NCBI GenBank assembly: GCA_965116885.1
Contig: OZ220741.1
Location: 4,512,001 to 4,576,000 of the forward strand
DNA from: Candidatus Latescibacterota bacterium
GTDB lineage: Bacteria > Latescibacterota > UBA2968
Direction: 5' to 3'
Length of the DNA: 64,000 nt
The position numbers and the translations under genes were made by a program. Below the pieces are notes generated by a model. The model made no database searches. It saw nothing but the letters and a program-made list of their open reading frames with translations, and had not been told where the DNA came from. The stretch's first letter is position 1. Each line of letters opens with the position of its first letter. Positions 1-12,241 of this stretch are shown here, piece by piece.

Positions 1-31
1 GTGTAATCCGCAGTATTTTTTGCTCGCCCAT
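1..31 (-). CDS. rpmD: 50S ribosomal protein L30, 5' fragment (runs off window)
   Basis: ATG overlaps rpsE stop (TGATG); [10 protein letters not shown]; canonical spc-operon position after rpsE. Confidence 0.75.
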   Translation of the reverse strand, partial: MGEQKILRIT

Positions 32-549
32 CACTGCCCCCGTACAGAAACCAATTCGGATTCTTCTACACCGCGCAATAGTGCAAACATTCTCGCATCT
101 TTCAACCGCGTCAATCCCTCCATCGCGGCTTTAACAGCATTCTGGGGGTTTTGCGACCCCAATGACTTTGTCAGCACATTTTGAACACCGGCCAGTTCCA
201 AAACCGCACGCACACCGCCTCCTGCAATAATACCCGTGCCGGGCGCGGCGGGTTTGAGCAAAACGCGAGAAGCGCCAAACTTTCCAATAATCTCGTGCGG
301 CAATGTACCATCAACGACTGGCACGCGCACCAGATTCTTTTTTGCATCGTCGGCAGCTTTGCGAATAGCTTCAGAGACTTCGCCCGCTTTCCCCATCCCA
401 ATACCCACAATGCCTTTTTTATCCCCAATTACACAAAGCGCGTTAAAAGCAAAACGCCGTCCACCTTTGCGAACGTGAGAGACCCGCTTGATACTGTTGT
501 TGATGACGATTTCCGTCAGATCTAAACCCGCAGCTTCAATCCTGCTCAA
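31..549 (-). CDS. rpsE: 30S ribosomal protein S5
   Basis: [25 protein letters not shown] motifs; TTG start; spc order. Confidence 0.98.
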   Translation of the reverse strand: MSRIEAAGLDLTEIVINNSIKRVSHVRKGGRRFAFNALCVIGDKKGIVGIGMGKAGEVSEAIRKAADDAKKNLVRVPVVDGTLPHEIIGKFGASRVLLKPAAPGTGIIAGGGVRAVLELAGVQNVLTKSLGSQNPQNAVKAAMEGLTRLKDARMFALLRGVEESELVSVRGQ

Positions 550-565
550 AATCGACTCCTTAACA

Positions 566-940
566 TTAAAATTTCAATCCGCCTTCGCGTGCACCCTCTG
601 CCAATGCTTTGATACGGCCGTGATACAGATAACCGGCACGGTCAAAAACAACCTGCGAAATTCCAGCTTCCTGCGCTCTTATAGCCAAAGCTTTGCCCAC
701 TTCGCGACTCCTACCGCATTTGCCTTCAACAGTTTTTAACTGATCTTTGAGTTGCGGAGTATTTGAGGATATCCCCATTAGAGAACGTCCATTCACATCA
801 TCAATCAATTGCGCCTGAATATGTTTTAGGCTCCTGGAAATCGTCAGACGCGGGCGATCAGCCGTTCCCAGAAGTCTCTTTCTAATACGCATTTGACGAC
901 GCTTGTGCATCTTTGTCTTTTTAATTTGCTTGTCTGCCAT
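566..940 (-). CDS. rplR: 50S ribosomal protein L18
   Basis: [41 protein letters not shown]. Confidence 0.98.
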   Translation of the reverse strand: MADKQIKKTKMHKRRQMRIRKRLLGTADRPRLTISRSLKHIQAQLIDDVNGRSLMGISSNTPQLKDQLKTVEGKCGRSREVGKALAIRAQEAGISQVVFDRAGYLYHGRIKALAEGAREGGLKF

Positions 941-956
941 TAAACAACCTCAAAGT

Positions 957-1523
957 TTAAGCTACTGCGGCCTTGCCGGCCTTGCGCCGCACGTATTCGC
1001 CGCTATAGCGGATACCTTTCCCCTTATAGGGTTCGGGAGGGCGAATATCTCGAATATTCGCCGCAGTGCGTCCCACGAGTTCTTTGTCGGCCCCACTGAC
1101 CTTGACCAGCGCCTGAGAATTTTCTATCTCAGCGGGAGGGGCATCGATACTAAATTCAATTCCCTGAGGCGCTTCAACCGTCACAGTATGGCTGAACCCC
1201 ACGTTGATGTCCAAATTTTTCCCTTTCATATCTGCGCGATATCCCACTCCAACAACGACCAGTTGCTTCTCAAAACCAGCCGTCACGCCCTGAACAGCAT
1301 TTGCCAACAAAGCACGCGTGAGGCCCCAGATAGATTTGTGATGCCGGTCTTCGGGATCTTGTACCGTAACAGAAAGGGATTCACCCTCTTGTACGACCTG
1401 AGTGAGCGGATGTAAAGGCACCTGTAAAGTCCCTTTAGGCCCTTTTATTTCCGCCTGTGTGTCCCCTAATTGCACATTGACGCCCCCTGGAACATCAATC
1501 GACTGTTGACCTATTCTCGACAC
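957..1523 (-). CDS. rplF: 50S ribosomal protein L6
   Basis: GTG start at SRIGQQSI; RPPEPYKGKGIRY motif. Confidence 0.97.
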   Translation of the reverse strand: MSRIGQQSIDVPGGVNVQLGDTQAEIKGPKGTLQVPLHPLTQVVQEGESLSVTVQDPEDRHHKSIWGLTRALLANAVQGVTAGFEKQLVVVGVGYRADMKGKNLDINVGFSHTVTVEAPQGIEFSIDAPPAEIENSQALVKVSGADKELVGRTAANIRDIRPPEPYKGKGIRYSGEYVRRKAGKAAVA

Positions 1524-1543
1524 GATGCACTCCTTCCAGACCT

Positions 1544-1939
1544 TTACCAAACGCTGCAAATAACTTCACCACCAACACCTTCTCGACGCGCAGTACGATC
1601 AGTCAAAACACCTCGTGATGTCGATAAAATAGCGACACCCAATCCATTGAGTATTCGAGGAATTTCGTCTTTGCCCACATATTTTCGCAAACCGGGGCGA
1701 CTTTCGCGTTTCATCCCTTGAATCGCGCTTTCCTCGCCGGAACTGTATTTGAGATAAAGGCGTAAATACCCCTGTCGGTTGTCATCGATATACGCATAAT
1801 TGTGAACAAAACCGCTCTCTTTTAAAATACGGGCAATTTCGCGCTTCATCCTGGAACTCGGAATATCCACCTTGCGATGTCCTGCGCGACATGCATTGCG
1901 CACACGCGTCAACATATCGGCTATCGGATCCGTCATCAT
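1544..1939 (-). CDS. rpsH: 30S ribosomal protein S8
   Basis: MMTDPIADMLTRVRNA, SRPGLRKY, GGEVICSVW. Confidence 0.98.
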   Translation of the reverse strand: MMTDPIADMLTRVRNACRAGHRKVDIPSSRMKREIARILKESGFVHNYAYIDDNRQGYLRLYLKYSSGEESAIQGMKRESRPGLRKYVGKDEIPRILNGLGVAILSTSRGVLTDRTARREGVGGEVICSVW

Positions 1940-1956
1940 GTGTGCTTCCCCCTCAA

Positions 1957-2142
1957 TTACCAACTTGCTTTTGTCACGCCGGGAATCTCACCAGCGAGGG
2001 CCAACTCGCGAAAACATATACGGCAAATCCCAAATTTGCGCAAATAACCACGCGGCCTACCGCACCTGTGACACCGGTTATAGCGTCGAACCGCAAATTT
2101 CTGTTTGCGCTTTGCTTTGGCAATCATAGACTTTTTAGCCAT
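1957..2142 (-). CDS. rpsN: 30S ribosomal protein S14, type Z (zinc-binding)
   Basis: 61 aa; RCHRCGRPR...CRICFRE with two CxxC pairs. Confidence 0.98.
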   Translation of the reverse strand: MAKKSMIAKAKRKQKFAVRRYNRCHRCGRPRGYLRKFGICRICFRELALAGEIPGVTKASW

Positions 2143-2172
2143 ATTAGACCTGACCTCATATTGATTTTTTAT

Positions 2173-2721
2173 TTAATCTTGATTTTGAAACGGCATGCCC
2201 ATTTCATTGAGCAGTTCATAAGCCTCTTCATCGGTAGCGGCTGTGGTGACCAGAGTCACATCAAGGCCGCGAATTTTATCGATCTGATCGTAGTCAATTT
2301 CGGGAAAAATAATCTGTTCTTGAATACCGACCGTATAGTTGCCTCGCCCATCAAATGAGCGCATTGAAAGGCCGCGAAAGTCGCGAATACGCGGCACAGA
2401 AAAATTAAAAAAACGATCGAGAAATTCGTACATATGAGTTCTGCGAAGCGTGACGGCACAGCCAATGGGTACACCCTGTCGCAGCTTAAAATTTGAAACG
2501 GCTTTTCGCGCCCTGCGAATGGAGGGCCGCTGTCCTGCAATGCGGGTCAAATCTTCAACAGCATTTTCGATGACCCTGGCATTGAGGACGGCTTCACCAA
2601 CACCCATGTTTAAGACAACCTTTTCCAATTTGGGCACCTGCATGCGATTTTTATACCCAAACCGCTGGATGAGCGCAGGTACAACTTCATTTTCGTAGTA
2701 TTCTTGTAATCGGGTTGCCAT
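2173..2721 (-). CDS. rplE: 50S ribosomal protein L5
   Basis: Start [38 protein letters not shown]. Confidence 0.97.
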   Translation of the reverse strand: MATRLQEYYENEVVPALIQRFGYKNRMQVPKLEKVVLNMGVGEAVLNARVIENAVEDLTRIAGQRPSIRRARKAVSNFKLRQGVPIGCAVTLRRTHMYEFLDRFFNFSVPRIRDFRGLSMRSFDGRGNYTVGIQEQIIFPEIDYDQIDKIRGLDVTLVTTAATDEEAYELLNEMGMPFQNQD

Positions 2722-2731
2722 GTCGTCCTCG

Positions 2732-3052
2732 TTATTCAGCTTCGGGAATTTGTTCACCACTTTTTTTTGCAATGCGCACACGCGCCCCGTCTTCAAGACG
2801 CTGTATGCGAATCCGGGTCCGCTCATCGGTTTGTGAATCGACAACCATGAGGTTCGACACATGCAAGGGTGCTTCCTTTTCCACAATGCCGCCTTGCTGG
2901 TTATTGGGATTGGGACGCGTATGGCGCTTGACATTGTTGATCCCTTCTACCAACACGCGTTCCTTCTTGGGCCACACATGCAAAACGCGCCCGCGTTGAC
3001 CAGTATAAACACCGCTTATCACCTCAACTTGATCACCCTTGCGAATCCTCAT
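2732..3052 (-). CDS. rplX: 50S ribosomal protein L24
   Basis: KOW motif [26 protein letters not shown]. Confidence 0.98.
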   Translation of the reverse strand: MRIRKGDQVEVISGVYTGQRGRVLHVWPKKERVLVEGINNVKRHTRPNPNNQQGGIVEKEAPLHVSNLMVVDSQTDERTRIRIQRLEDGARVRIAKKSGEQIPEAE

Positions 3053-3075
3053 CTCAACACACTTGCCTTTCTTTT

Positions 3076-3444
3076 TTAAATCACTTCGGGCGCCAAAGAT
3101 ACAATGCGCATAAATCGTCTCTCGCGCAACTCGCGGGCGACAGGTCCAAATATGCGCGTCCCTCGGGGTTCGCCCTCCTCGCCGATCAAAACAGCGGCAT
3201 TGTCATCAAATCGAATATAGGACCCATCTGCTCTGCGCGTCTCTTTCTTTGTACGGACAATCACGGCGCGCGCAACATCACCGCGCTTCACGCCGCTGTT
3301 TGGCTGCGCATCTTTAACCGAAACCACAACGGTATCACCGAGTTTGGCATACTTGCGTTTGGTGCCCCCTAAAATGCGAAAGCACATCACTTTTCGGGCA
3401 CCTGTATTATCCGCGCAATTTAATACCGAATATTCCTGGACCAT
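3076..3444 (-). CDS. rplN: 50S ribosomal protein L14
   Basis: [36 protein letters not shown]. Confidence 0.98.
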   Translation of the reverse strand: MVQEYSVLNCADNTGARKVMCFRILGGTKRKYAKLGDTVVVSVKDAQPNSGVKRGDVARAVIVRTKKETRRADGSYIRFDDNAAVLIGEEGEPRGTRIFGPVARELRERRFMRIVSLAPEVI

Positions 3445-3455
3445 GTTCTCTCCGC

Positions 3456-3716
3456 CTAATGCGCCTTTTTGATAATTTCCACCAACCGCCAACGTTTGGT
3501 CTTACTCAAAGGCCGCGTTTCAACAACCATCACTTCATCACCGATTCTGGCTTCATTGTTCTCATCATGTGCTGCCAATTTTGAACGTCTTTGCATAACT
3601 TTTCCATAAAGGGGGTGTGGCACCTGCCGCCGTACCTCAACGACAATTGTTTTATTAGATTTGTCGCTGACTACCAGTCCCACACGTGTTTTGCGATGCC
3701 TGCGAGTTTCCACCAT
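3456..3716 (-). CDS. rpsQ: 30S ribosomal protein S17
   Basis: [25 protein letters not shown]. Confidence 0.98.
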   Translation of the reverse strand: MVETRRHRKTRVGLVVSDKSNKTIVVEVRRQVPHPLYGKVMQRRSKLAAHDENNEARIGDEVMVVETRPLSKTKRWRLVEIIKKAH

Positions 3717-3736
3717 ACAGCAATTCTCCTTAAAAA

Positions 3737-3949
3737 TTACGCATTGGGAAGTTCGCGAATACCCAACTCGTGTTCGCGCAACACGGTTTTAAGCCGAGCG
3801 AGATCCCTACAAGCATCTCGAAACGCAATTGGATTATCGAGCTGACGCGTAGCCAACTGAATGCGAAGATTCACAAGTTCATCTTCCTGTTCAGCAATTC
3901 TTTCCCTTACATCGCTTGCGGTTAGATCTCGAATTTCATTTGGTTTCAT
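3737..3949 (-). CDS. rpmC: 50S ribosomal protein L29
   Basis: [17 protein letters not shown]...[10 protein letters not shown]; position between rplP and rpsQ. Confidence 0.96.
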   Translation of the reverse strand: MKPNEIRDLTASDVRERIAEQEDELVNLRIQLATRQLDNPIAFRDACRDLARLKTVLREHELGIRELPNA

Positions 3950-4365
3950 TCGTCGTGCCCCCCGCGTTCTACAAAGCGGACTTTAATGGGCAATTTCTGG
4001 CCGGCCAATTTGATCGCGCGTTGCGCGCTCTCGCGTGGCACACCCTCAATTTCAAACATGATCCGCCCGGGTTTGATGACTGCTACCCAGTATTCGGGAT
4101 TGCCTTTGCCTTTTCCCATACGGGTCTCTGCTGGCTTAACCGTAAGGGGTTTATCTGGAAAAACGCGAATCCAAATTTTCCCACCGCGTCTCAATGATTT
4201 GGAAATCGCCACGCGGGCAGCTTCGATCTGTCTGTTGGTAATCCATCCCGGTTCAAGGGCCTGCAAACCGTATTCGCCAAAAGAAATATTAGCTCCTCGA
4301 GAAGCCATACCTTTGCGACGGCCCCTCTGCTGCTTTCTCCATTTGACCCGTTTTGGCATTAACAT
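3946..4365 (-). CDS. rplP: 50S ribosomal protein L16
   Basis: [22 protein letters not shown]. Confidence 0.98.
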   Translation of the reverse strand: MLMPKRVKWRKQQRGRRKGMASRGANISFGEYGLQALEPGWITNRQIEAARVAISKSLRRGGKIWIRVFPDKPLTVKPAETRMGKGKGNPEYWVAVIKPGRIMFEIEGVPRESAQRAIKLAGQKLPIKVRFVERGGHDE

Positions 4366-4387
4366 AATAGCGCTCCTGTCCCTACGC

Positions 4388-5035
4388 TTAAGTTGCCAGG
4401 ATGTCCTGGCCCATTTTTTCCCCGTGACAGATCCAAACTTTTACCCCTACAGTACCCGAGGTTGTATAAGCAGTAGATCTGGCATAGTCTATGTCAGCGC
4501 GAAGTGTATGGAGTGGAACACGCCCTGCAGGCTCTGATTTTTCAACGCGAGACATTTCCGCTCCGCCAAGACGGCCTCCACACACAACTTTAATCCCTTC
4601 AGCCCCCATGCGTACCGCCGAAGCAACGGCTTTTTTCATTGCACGGCGAAATGAGACGCGTTGCTCGAGTTGTCGAGAGATATTGTCGGCGACGAGTTGG
4701 GCGTTGAGTTCTGGCCGCTTAATTTCGTTAATGTTGATATAAATTTCTTTGCCTGTCAGATGCTTTAACTCATCTCGCAATTTATCGACCTCTGCGCCTT
4801 TGCGTCCAATCACAATGCCAGGACGAGCGGTGTGAATCGAAATCGTCACCCGCTTAGGCGCACGCTCAATATCTATTTGAGCAACGCTTGCCCGCTGCAG
4901 ACGACTGGTAATATATCGCCTGACCATAAGGTCTTCTTGAAGCAGGCTGGCAAAATCGCGATTGGCAAACCAGCGGGAACGCCAGTCTTTGACAATTCCC
5001 AACCTCACTCCAATTGGATGCGTTTTCTGGCCCAC
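4388..5035 (-). CDS. rpsC: 30S ribosomal protein S3
   Basis: [36 protein letters not shown]. Confidence 0.98.
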   Translation of the reverse strand: MGQKTHPIGVRLGIVKDWRSRWFANRDFASLLQEDLMVRRYITSRLQRASVAQIDIERAPKRVTISIHTARPGIVIGRKGAEVDKLRDELKHLTGKEIYININEIKRPELNAQLVADNISRQLEQRVSFRRAMKKAVASAVRMGAEGIKVVCGGRLGGAEMSRVEKSEPAGRVPLHTLRADIDYARSTAYTTSGTVGVKVWICHGEKMGQDILAT

Positions 5036-5045
5036 AGTGACTCTC

Positions 5046-5387
5046 CTATTCCTCGTCTGAAATAACCAGCGTGATGTGGCTATATCGCTTGCGAATCATG
5101 CCGGCAGCACCGCGCGGCTGAGGACGCAACCGCTTTAACGCAATGCCACCATCGACAAACGCTTCTTTCACAAAGAGCGCGTCTTCGACTGCGGATTCTT
5201 CTTCGCGGTTGACCGCATTGGCAACCGCGGATTGCAAGGTGCGCTCTACAATACGCGCGGCCTTTTTAGGTGTAAATTGCAGAATGTGGAAAGCTTCCTC
5301 CACATCTTTACCCCGCACGAGATCGACCACCTGTCGTACCTTGCGCGGTGAAATTCTTGAATAGCGCAATATCGCCCGAGCTTCCAT
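5046..5387 (-). CDS. rplV: 50S ribosomal protein L22
   Basis: [29 protein letters not shown]. Confidence 0.98.
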   Translation of the reverse strand: MEARAILRYSRISPRKVRQVVDLVRGKDVEEAFHILQFTPKKAARIVERTLQSAVANAVNREEESAVEDALFVKEAFVDGGIALKRLRPQPRGAAGMIRKRYSHITLVISDEE

Positions 5388-5409
5388 TTAAAATTCCCGT
5401 CTCAAAATA

Positions 5410-5697
5410 TCACTGTAAAGAAGTGGCCTGTTCAGTAGATCGCCCATGCACCCCCCGATGCGTGCGCGTGGGAGCAAATTCACCGAGTTTGTGTCCCACC
5501 ATGTTTTCTGTGATATAAACGGGGATAAACTTATTTCCATTGTGTACAGCAAGCGTATGCCCCACAAACTCTGGCGCGATTGTCGATCGTCGCGCCCAGG
5601 TCTGAATAACCCGCTTATTACCAGCCTTATTCATTTGCTCGATCTTGTTTAAGAGACTCGGCTCAATAAAAGGCCCTTTTTTAATAGACCGTGCCAT
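5410..5697 (-). CDS. rpsS: 30S ribosomal protein S19
   Basis: [23 protein letters not shown]. Confidence 0.98.
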   Translation of the reverse strand: MARSIKKGPFIEPSLLNKIEQMNKAGNKRVIQTWARRSTIAPEFVGHTLAVHNGNKFIPVYITENMVGHKLGEFAPTRTHRGVHGRSTEQATSLQ

Positions 5698-5713
5698 AAA
5701 ATAATACCCCTGA

Positions 5714-6538
5714 TTACTTGCGCCGCTGAATGATCATCTGGTCAGTTTTATTTTTCTTTTTGCGCGTTTTATATCCTTTTGTGGGTTGTCCCCAGGGCGT
5801 CACCGGATGCCTGCCGCCTGTTGCTCGACCTTCTCCACCACCGTGAGGATGATCAACTGGGTTCATAGCAACACCACGCACTTTCGGACGTTTGCCCAAC
5901 CAGCGAGTCCGTCCTGCTTTTCCGACAACGACATTTTCATGCTCTAAATTGCCAACCTGCCCAATGGTCGCATAACACGATACCAGGACCAACCGACGCT
6001 CGCCTGAAGGCAGACGGAGAGTTGCAAAATTGCCTTCTTTAGCCATCACCTGAATTTCAGCACCTGCCGAACGACCAATTTGTCCACCTTTTCCTGGTTT
6101 GAGTTCAACATTATGCACATTGCTACCCAATGGAATATTTGCCAGAGGAAGCGCGTTGCCGGGGCGAATCTCTGCATCTGCACCTGAGGCAACCTCATCT
6201 CCAACTTTTAAACCAATCGGTGCCAGAATATAGCGTTTTTCGCCATCGGCATAATGCAGGAGTGCAATGCGCGCCGAACGATTTGGATCGTACTCAATGC
6301 TATGCACAATTGCAGGCACACCGATTTTATCGCGCTTAAAATCAATTCGGCGATACTGGCGCCGATGTCCGCCACCGCGACGACGGCTCGTGATACGTCC
6401 CCGATTATTGCGTCCCCCAGATTTTTTATTGGGTTCAACAAGTGATTTTTCAGGCGTATCTTTTGTAATCTCTTCAAAAGAAGAGACTGTCTTAAATCGC
6501 AACGAAGGCGTTATTGGGCGAAACTTCTTAACAGGCAT
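5714..6538 (-). CDS. rplB: 50S ribosomal protein L2
   Basis: [25 protein letters not shown]. Confidence 0.99.
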   Translation of the reverse strand: MPVKKFRPITPSLRFKTVSSFEEITKDTPEKSLVEPNKKSGGRNNRGRITSRRRGGGHRRQYRRIDFKRDKIGVPAIVHSIEYDPNRSARIALLHYADGEKRYILAPIGLKVGDEVASGADAEIRPGNALPLANIPLGSNVHNVELKPGKGGQIGRSAGAEIQVMAKEGNFATLRLPSGERRLVLVSCYATIGQVGNLEHENVVVGKAGRTRWLGKRPKVRGVAMNPVDHPHGGGEGRATGGRHPVTPWGQPTKGYKTRKKKNKTDQMIIQRRK

Positions 6539-6541
6539 GAG

Positions 6542-6829
6542 TTATCCTTCAAAAAAGTCGATAATATGTCCATCGGCAAGGGTGACAACCGCCTTTTTCC
6601 AGTCAGAACGGCGGCCCTGAAACCGCCCAAGTCGTTTGATCTTACCGTGCACTGTGCTCGTATTGACCTTTACGACCTCGACCTCAAACATAGCTTCTAC
6701 CGCACGCTGAATATCGACTTTGTTTGCACTGCGGAGAACTTCAAATACATATTTATTCTGACTTTCTTGCAAATTAGAAGCCCGCTCTGTAATAACGGGA
6801 CGCCGAATGATCTGCATAGAATTTTTCAC
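6542..6829 (-). CDS. rplW: 50S ribosomal protein L23
   Basis: GTG start overlapping rplD stop (GTGA); IIRRPVITE, WKKAVVTL. Confidence 0.96.
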   Translation of the reverse strand: MKNSMQIIRRPVITERASNLQESQNKYVFEVLRSANKVDIQRAVEAMFEVEVVKVNTSTVHGKIKRLGRFQGRRSDWKKAVVTLADGHIIDFFEG

Positions 6830-7458
6830 GAGGCCCCCCACAGAGCACGAATGCGAGAAACTGCACCGCATGTGAGAACCAGAACATCGGCATTGACCAC
6901 GTCATAAGTGGAAACTTGCGAAACGGGTAATACGGAAAGTCTGGGGATATTCCGACAGGATTTGACGGTATTTTCAGCGACACTATCTGTCAAGAGCAAT
7001 ATCTTTTGTCCCTGAATTTCAAACATTTGTGTCATTTGTGCCATTCGCTTTGTTTTGGGCTCCTCAAGTTCAAAATCTTCCAGAACAGATATAGCTTTAC
7101 CGAGTGCTTTTTGCGAAAATGCCGAGCGTATAGCCAGTTTTTTGACTTTCTTGGGCACCCGTTCCCGAAAATTTCTCGGTCTGGGACCATGCGCCACTCC
7201 ACCGCCGATCAGAATAGGCGACCCAGCAGTGCCCTTACGGGCACGACCTGTACCTTTTTGTCGGTACATCTTCCGTTTTGTCCGATTGACTTCTGAGCGG
7301 GTTTTTGTCGAGGCATTGCCTTGCCGCTGATTGGTCAAATACGCTTTGACAACATAATAGATTGCGTCAGCTGATGGTTCAATTCCAAAAACTGTTTCGG
7401 GTAGCTCCATCGAGCCAACTTCTTCACCCTCAAGATTGCAAACATCAACAGATGCCAT
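6826..7458 (-). CDS. rplD: 50S ribosomal protein L4
   Basis: RQGNASTKTRSEV; RQKGTGRARKG; GGGVAHGPRPR. Confidence 0.98.
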   Translation of the reverse strand: MASVDVCNLEGEEVGSMELPETVFGIEPSADAIYYVVKAYLTNQRQGNASTKTRSEVNRTKRKMYRQKGTGRARKGTAGSPILIGGGVAHGPRPRNFRERVPKKVKKLAIRSAFSQKALGKAISVLEDFELEEPKTKRMAQMTQMFEIQGQKILLLTDSVAENTVKSCRNIPRLSVLPVSQVSTYDVVNADVLVLTCGAVSRIRALWGAS

Positions 7459-7475
7459 AATAGCCTTACCTCAAA

Positions 7476-8099
7476 TCAGTTGCGTTTCTCAATAACAACC
7501 GTAGCTCCCTTACCGCCTGGCACGGCACCTTTTAAGAGGAGCAAATTTTGATCGGTATCTACACTCACCACCTTTAAGCCCCGAACAGTTACCCGCTCGT
7601 CACCCATATGGCCTGCCATGCGCATACCCTTAAACACCCGTGAAGGATTCGAGCTTTGACCTATTGAGCCAGGCGCGCGATGCCGATCTGATTGTCCATG
7701 GGTTTTGGGGCCACCTCTAAATCCGTGACGCTTGACACCGCCCTGGAATCCACGACCTTTTGATCGGGCAGTAACATCGACTACCTCGCCTGCCTCAAAC
7801 ATGCTGACATTGAGTGTCTCGCCTATAGCATATTCGGAGACATCATCAACGCGAAATTCCGCAAGACCTCGATGGGGATTAACACCTGCCTTCTTGAAAA
7901 CCCCCTGATCCGCGCGGTTTAGCCGATTGGACCGAATCTCATCATACCCAATTCTCAAAGCCAAATACCCATCCGAATCCCTATTTTTAATCTGAACAAT
8001 AGGACATGGAACAACTTCGAGAACTGTGACAGGCGCCAGCATTTCCGCGTCATCAAATGCCTGAGTCATACCGATTTTTTTTCCAATCAATCCCAGCAC
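7476..8099 (-). CDS. rplC: 50S ribosomal protein L3
   Basis: GKKIGMTQ; SKGRGFQGGVKRH; RAPGSIG. Confidence 0.98.
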   Translation of the reverse strand: MLGLIGKKIGMTQAFDDAEMLAPVTVLEVVPCPIVQIKNRDSDGYLALRIGYDEIRSNRLNRADQGVFKKAGVNPHRGLAEFRVDDVSEYAIGETLNVSMFEAGEVVDVTARSKGRGFQGGVKRHGFRGGPKTHGQSDRHRAPGSIGQSSNPSRVFKGMRMAGHMGDERVTVRGLKVVSVDTDQNLLLLKGAVPGGKGATVVIEKRN

Positions 8100-8101
8100 G
8101 A

Positions 8102-8410
8102 TTACACCTTGATTTCAATATCGATACCCGCAGGTAGATCCAGTTTCATCAGGGCATCTACCGTTTGGGGTGTTGAGTTGTGAATGTCGATAAGGCGTTT
8201 GTGTACGCGCATTTCAAACTGCTCACGCGATTTTTTATCGACATGTGGAGATCGCAATACCGTATAGAGCGAACGCCTCGTCGGCAGAGGAATGGGGCCT
8301 GATATAAGTGCCCCAGTCCGTTTTGCTGTCCGAACAATTTCTTCAGCGGAACGATCCAGTGCATTGTGGTTGTATGCTTTTAGTCTAATTCTAATTTTTT
8401 GTGCAGGCAC
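8102..8410 (-). CDS. rpsJ: 30S ribosomal protein S10
   Basis: [30 protein letters not shown]. Confidence 0.99.
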   Translation of the reverse strand: MPAQKIRIRLKAYNHNALDRSAEEIVRTAKRTGALISGPIPLPTRRSLYTVLRSPHVDKKSREQFEMRVHKRLIDIHNSTPQTVDALMKLDLPAGIDIEIKV

Positions 8411-8430
8411 AAGGCTTCCCTTTGCGGTTC

Positions 8431-9624
8431 TTATTCAACAATTTCAGTAATCACACCCGAACCAATAGTTCGACCACCTTCCCGCACGGCAAATCGCAGT
8501 TCGGTTTCCATAGCGATTGGCGTAAGCAGTTCCACAGACATGGTCACATTGTCGCCAGGCATCACCATTTCCACGCCTTCGGGCAACTCTACTTTGCCAG
8601 TCACATCTGTTGTGCGAAAATAGAACTGAGGTTGATAGCCGGTAAAGAAAGGTTTACTCCGCCCCCCCTCTTTGTCCGTCAACACATAAACTTCGCCTTT
8701 AAACTTTCTGTGAGGTGTCACTGAGCCTGGCTTGGCAACCACCATGCCGCGTTCAATTTCTTCTTTGTCAACACCGCGAAGCAACAAACCGACATTGTCA
8801 CCAGCCCTGCCCTCATCGAGCAGCTTGCGGAACATTTCCACACCAGTAACTGTTGTCTTGCGACTCTCGCGAATGCCCACAATCTCAACTTCCTCACCGA
8901 CATTGACCACGCCGCGTTCAACGCGCCCAGTACCTACAGTACCTCGCCCAGTAATTGTAAACACATCCTCAACCGGCATCAAAAAATCTTTGTCAATCTC
9001 GCGCACAGGCTCTGGGATATTTTCATCTACTGCTTCCATCAGTTCCCAGATACAGGCACAATCTTCGGAATCGGGATCGTCAGACTCTAAAGCTTTAAGA
9101 GCAGATCCCTGAATCACTGGCACATCATCACCGGGAAAATCGTATTGATCCAGCAACTCGCGGACTTCCAGATCGACCAGTTCGAGCAATTCTTCATCAT
9201 CGACCATATCGACTTTATTCATAAATACCACGATAGAAGGCACATTGACCTGGCGTGAAAGCAGAATATGCTCACGGGTCTGAATCATGGGACCATCTGC
9301 AGCACTAACGACCAGAATCGCGCCATCCATCTGTGCGGCTCCCGTGATCATGTTCTTCACATAGTCAGCATGCCCGGGGCAATCTACGTGGGCATAGTGC
9401 CGGTTTTCCGTCTGATACTCCACATGGGCCGTATTAATGGTAATTCCACGCTCTTTTTCTTCGGGTGCTTTGTCAATGTCGTCAAAGGGCATAAAATCGG
9501 CAAGCCCCTTGGCTGCCAGCGTCTTGGTAATAGCGGCAGTAAGCGTGGTTTTGCCGTGATCGACATGCCCAATTGTACCGATGTTGACATGGGGTTTGTC
9601 CCGTTCAAATTTTTCCTTCGCCAT
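8431..9624 (-). CDS. tuf: Elongation factor Tu
   Basis: [31 protein letters not shown]. Confidence 0.99.
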   Translation of the reverse strand: MAKEKFERDKPHVNIGTIGHVDHGKTTLTAAITKTLAAKGLADFMPFDDIDKAPEEKERGITINTAHVEYQTENRHYAHVDCPGHADYVKNMITGAAQMDGAILVVSAADGPMIQTREHILLSRQVNVPSIVVFMNKVDMVDDEELLELVDLEVRELLDQYDFPGDDVPVIQGSALKALESDDPDSEDCACIWELMEAVDENIPEPVREIDKDFLMPVEDVFTITGRGTVGTGRVERGVVNVGEEVEIVGIRESRKTTVTGVEMFRKLLDEGRAGDNVGLLLRGVDKEEIERGMVVAKPGSVTPHRKFKGEVYVLTDKEGGRSKPFFTGYQPQFYFRTTDVTGKVELPEGVEMVMPGDNVTMSVELLTPIAMETELRFAVREGGRTIGSGVITEIVE

Positions 9625-9670
9625 ATTTTCCTCCTAAAAAGATCGAACGAAAGTAAAAAAACGCGTTCGC

Positions 9671-11764
9671 TTAAGTTGCAAATACATTGACTGAAGAGAG
9701 AATGTCTTCAGCGATGCTCTGCGGCATTTCCTCAAATTTGGAAAATTCCATTGAATAAATCGCGCGACCCTGTGTAATAGACCGCAACTTTGTTGCATAA
9801 CCAAACATTTCACTCAGTGGCACAGTAGCTGATATGACCTGTGCATCGGGGCGGTTGACAATGCCTACAATATGCCCTCGACGCGCATTCAAGTCACCCA
9901 TAACATCGCCCATATAGTCTTCGGGCACAACAACTTCCACATCAAAAACAGGTTCCATAAGATAAGTTTTTGCCCTTCTGGCGGCCTCTTGAAAAGCCAT
10001 TGAACCTGCTATCTTAAAGGCTATTTCAGAAGAATCAACATCGTGGTAAGAACCGTCAAACAATTCGACTTTGACGTCATCTATTGGATATCCCGCTAAG
10101 ACTCCCCCCATCATCGCTTCCTGAATTCCCGCACGTACGGCAGAAATATATTCAGACGGAATTGCACCACCTGTAATTTTGTTTTCAAAAACAAGTCCCT
10201 TACCAGATTCACCGGGTTCCAGATTGATAACAACATGACCGTATTGACCACGACCACCACTTTGGCGGACAAAGCGCCCGTGAATATTTTGAACAGCGTT
10301 GCGGATGGCCTCTTTGTAAGTGACCTGTGGTTTGCCAACATTGGCCTCAACCCTGAATTCGCGTTTGAGGCGATCTACAATGATCTCCAGATGCAATTCA
10401 CCCATTCCAGAAATAATGGTCTGTCCGGTGTCGGGATCAACAGCTACGTGAAAAGTCGGGTCTTCTTCGGTCAACTTGCTCAATGCGACGCCAAGCTGAT
10501 CCTGATCAGCCTTGGTTTTTGGCTCAATTGCCACAGAAATTACGGGCTTGGCAAACTCCATTGCTTCCAGTATCACAGGCTCTTTTTCATCGCACAGCGT
10601 CTCTCCTGTTGCCGTGTCTTTTAGCCCAACAACAGCTGCGATATCACCCGCGAACACCGCATCGATCTCTTCCCTCTTATCTGCGTGCATTTGCAACATA
10701 CGTCCGATGCGCTCGCGTTTGCCCTTATTGGCATTGAGAACATAAGAACCTTTATTTAGCTGACCTGAATATACGCGGAAGTAAGTCAACCGCCCAACAT
10801 AAGGATCTGTCATCACCTTAAAAGCCAAAGCCGCAAAAGGTACTCCATCGGAAACCGGACGAGAAACCCCAATGTCGAAATTTTTGAGATCGTGTCCCAC
10901 AATTTCAGGCACATCGTGAGGCGAGGGCAAATATGCGACAATAGCATCTAACAAGCGCTGTACACCTTTATTTTTAAAAGCTGACCCACAAAGCACAGGC
11001 ACAGCAGCACTGTTGATTACAGCCTGACGCAAAGCAGATCTAATCTCATCTTCGCTGATATCTTCACCTTCGAGAAATTTTTCCATCAAGGTATCGTCAA
11101 AATCTGACACAGCTTCCAGCAATTGCTCGCGACCTTCATAGGCGCGTTCTTTCAGATCGTTTGGAATACTATCTTCCGTAAACTTGGTGCCTAAAGAATC
11201 ATCCTCGTATGTCACGAGTTTCATCTTAATCAAATCAATCAAGCCCGTAAACATCTCCCCCGCCCCTACAGGCAACTGAACGGGAACAAAATTGGACACC
11301 AACCTTTCACGCATCATTTCTACTACGCGGTCAAAATCGGCACCCGTGCGATCCATTTTATTGACAAATGCAATCCGAGGAACGGAATATTTATCGGCCT
11401 GACGCCAGACAGTTTCCGATTGGGGTTCAACGCCCCCAACCGCGCAAAACAGCCCTACAGCACCATCTAAAACGCGCAATGACCGCTCGACTTCGGCAGT
11501 AAAATCAACATGCCCCGGCGTATCGATAATATTGATGCGGTGGTCATCCCAAAAACACGTTGTAGCCGCCGACGTAATGGTAATGCCACGCTCGCGCTCT
11601 TGAGCCATCCAATCCATGGTAGCTGCACCATCGTGCACCTCACCCATCCTGCGCAAAATGCCCGTATAATAGAGAATGCGCTCAGTTGTGGTGGTTTTGC
11701 CCGCGTCAATGTGCGCCATAATTCCGATATTTCGGGTGCGCTCTAAGTCGTATTTTTTTGCCAT
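9671..11764 (-). CDS. fusA: Elongation factor G (alternative GTG start at 11773)
   Basis: [33 protein letters not shown]. Confidence 0.99.
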   Translation of the reverse strand: MAKKYDLERTRNIGIMAHIDAGKTTTTERILYYTGILRRMGEVHDGAATMDWMAQERERGITITSAATTCFWDDHRINIIDTPGHVDFTAEVERSLRVLDGAVGLFCAVGGVEPQSETVWRQADKYSVPRIAFVNKMDRTGADFDRVVEMMRERLVSNFVPVQLPVGAGEMFTGLIDLIKMKLVTYEDDSLGTKFTEDSIPNDLKERAYEGREQLLEAVSDFDDTLMEKFLEGEDISEDEIRSALRQAVINSAAVPVLCGSAFKNKGVQRLLDAIVAYLPSPHDVPEIVGHDLKNFDIGVSRPVSDGVPFAALAFKVMTDPYVGRLTYFRVYSGQLNKGSYVLNANKGKRERIGRMLQMHADKREEIDAVFAGDIAAVVGLKDTATGETLCDEKEPVILEAMEFAKPVISVAIEPKTKADQDQLGVALSKLTEEDPTFHVAVDPDTGQTIISGMGELHLEIIVDRLKREFRVEANVGKPQVTYKEAIRNAVQNIHGRFVRQSGGRGQYGHVVINLEPGESGKGLVFENKITGGAIPSEYISAVRAGIQEAMMGGVLAGYPIDDVKVELFDGSYHDVDSSEIAFKIAGSMAFQEAARRAKTYLMEPVFDVEVVVPEDYMGDVMGDLNARRGHIVGIVNRPDAQVISATVPLSEMFGYATKLRSITQGRAIYSMEFSKFEEMPQSIAEDILSSVNVFAT

Positions 11765-11773
11765 CTTATTCAC

Positions 11774-12241
11774 TTACCAGCGATAATGCGCAAATGCGCG
11801 ATTAGCTTCTGCCATGCGATGCGTTTCTTCTCGTCGCTGCATTGCACGTCCTTGTCCGTTTGCTGCATCCATAAATTCACCGGCCAAACGCTGTGCCATC
11901 GTCTTTTCGCTCCGTTCTCTAGCAAATAAAATCAACCAGCGAATAGACAGCGCAAGACGTTCATCGGGCCGGACTTCTTCTGGCACCTGGTAAGTCGCAC
12001 CACCGACGCGGCGCGACCTCACCTTGACAACCGGTTTGACATTGTCAAGTGCTTTTTCAAAAGTCTCTAAACCGGAATCTCCACTTCGCGCTTCAACCAG
12101 ATCAAGCGCTTCGTAAAAAATTCGTTCTCCTACACTCTTTTTGCCCTTGCGAAACAAGCAGTTGACAAAACGCGTCACCAACAGACTGCTGTATTTGGGA
12201 TCTGGAGCCAGATGTCGTTTTTCCGCTCGCCGTTTTCGCAT
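11774..12241 (-). CDS. rpsG: 30S ribosomal protein S7
   Basis: [26 protein letters not shown]. Confidence 0.99.
   Translation of the reverse strand: MRKRRAEKRHLAPDPKYSSLLVTRFVNCLFRKGKKSVGERIFYEALDLVEARSGDSGLETFEKALDNVKPVVKVRSRRVGGATYQVPEEVRPDERLALSIRWLILFARERSEKTMAQRLAGEFMDAANGQGRAMQRREETHRMAEANRAFAHYRW

Noticed and set aside
440..495. S5 loop [11 protein letters not shown] as a spectinomycin-resistance signature
   Set aside because: This loop varies naturally among phyla; cannot be supported without an alignment.
2722..2934. N-terminal extension of the 253-aa rplE ORF
   Set aside because: Overlaps rplX; L5 homology starts at 2721.
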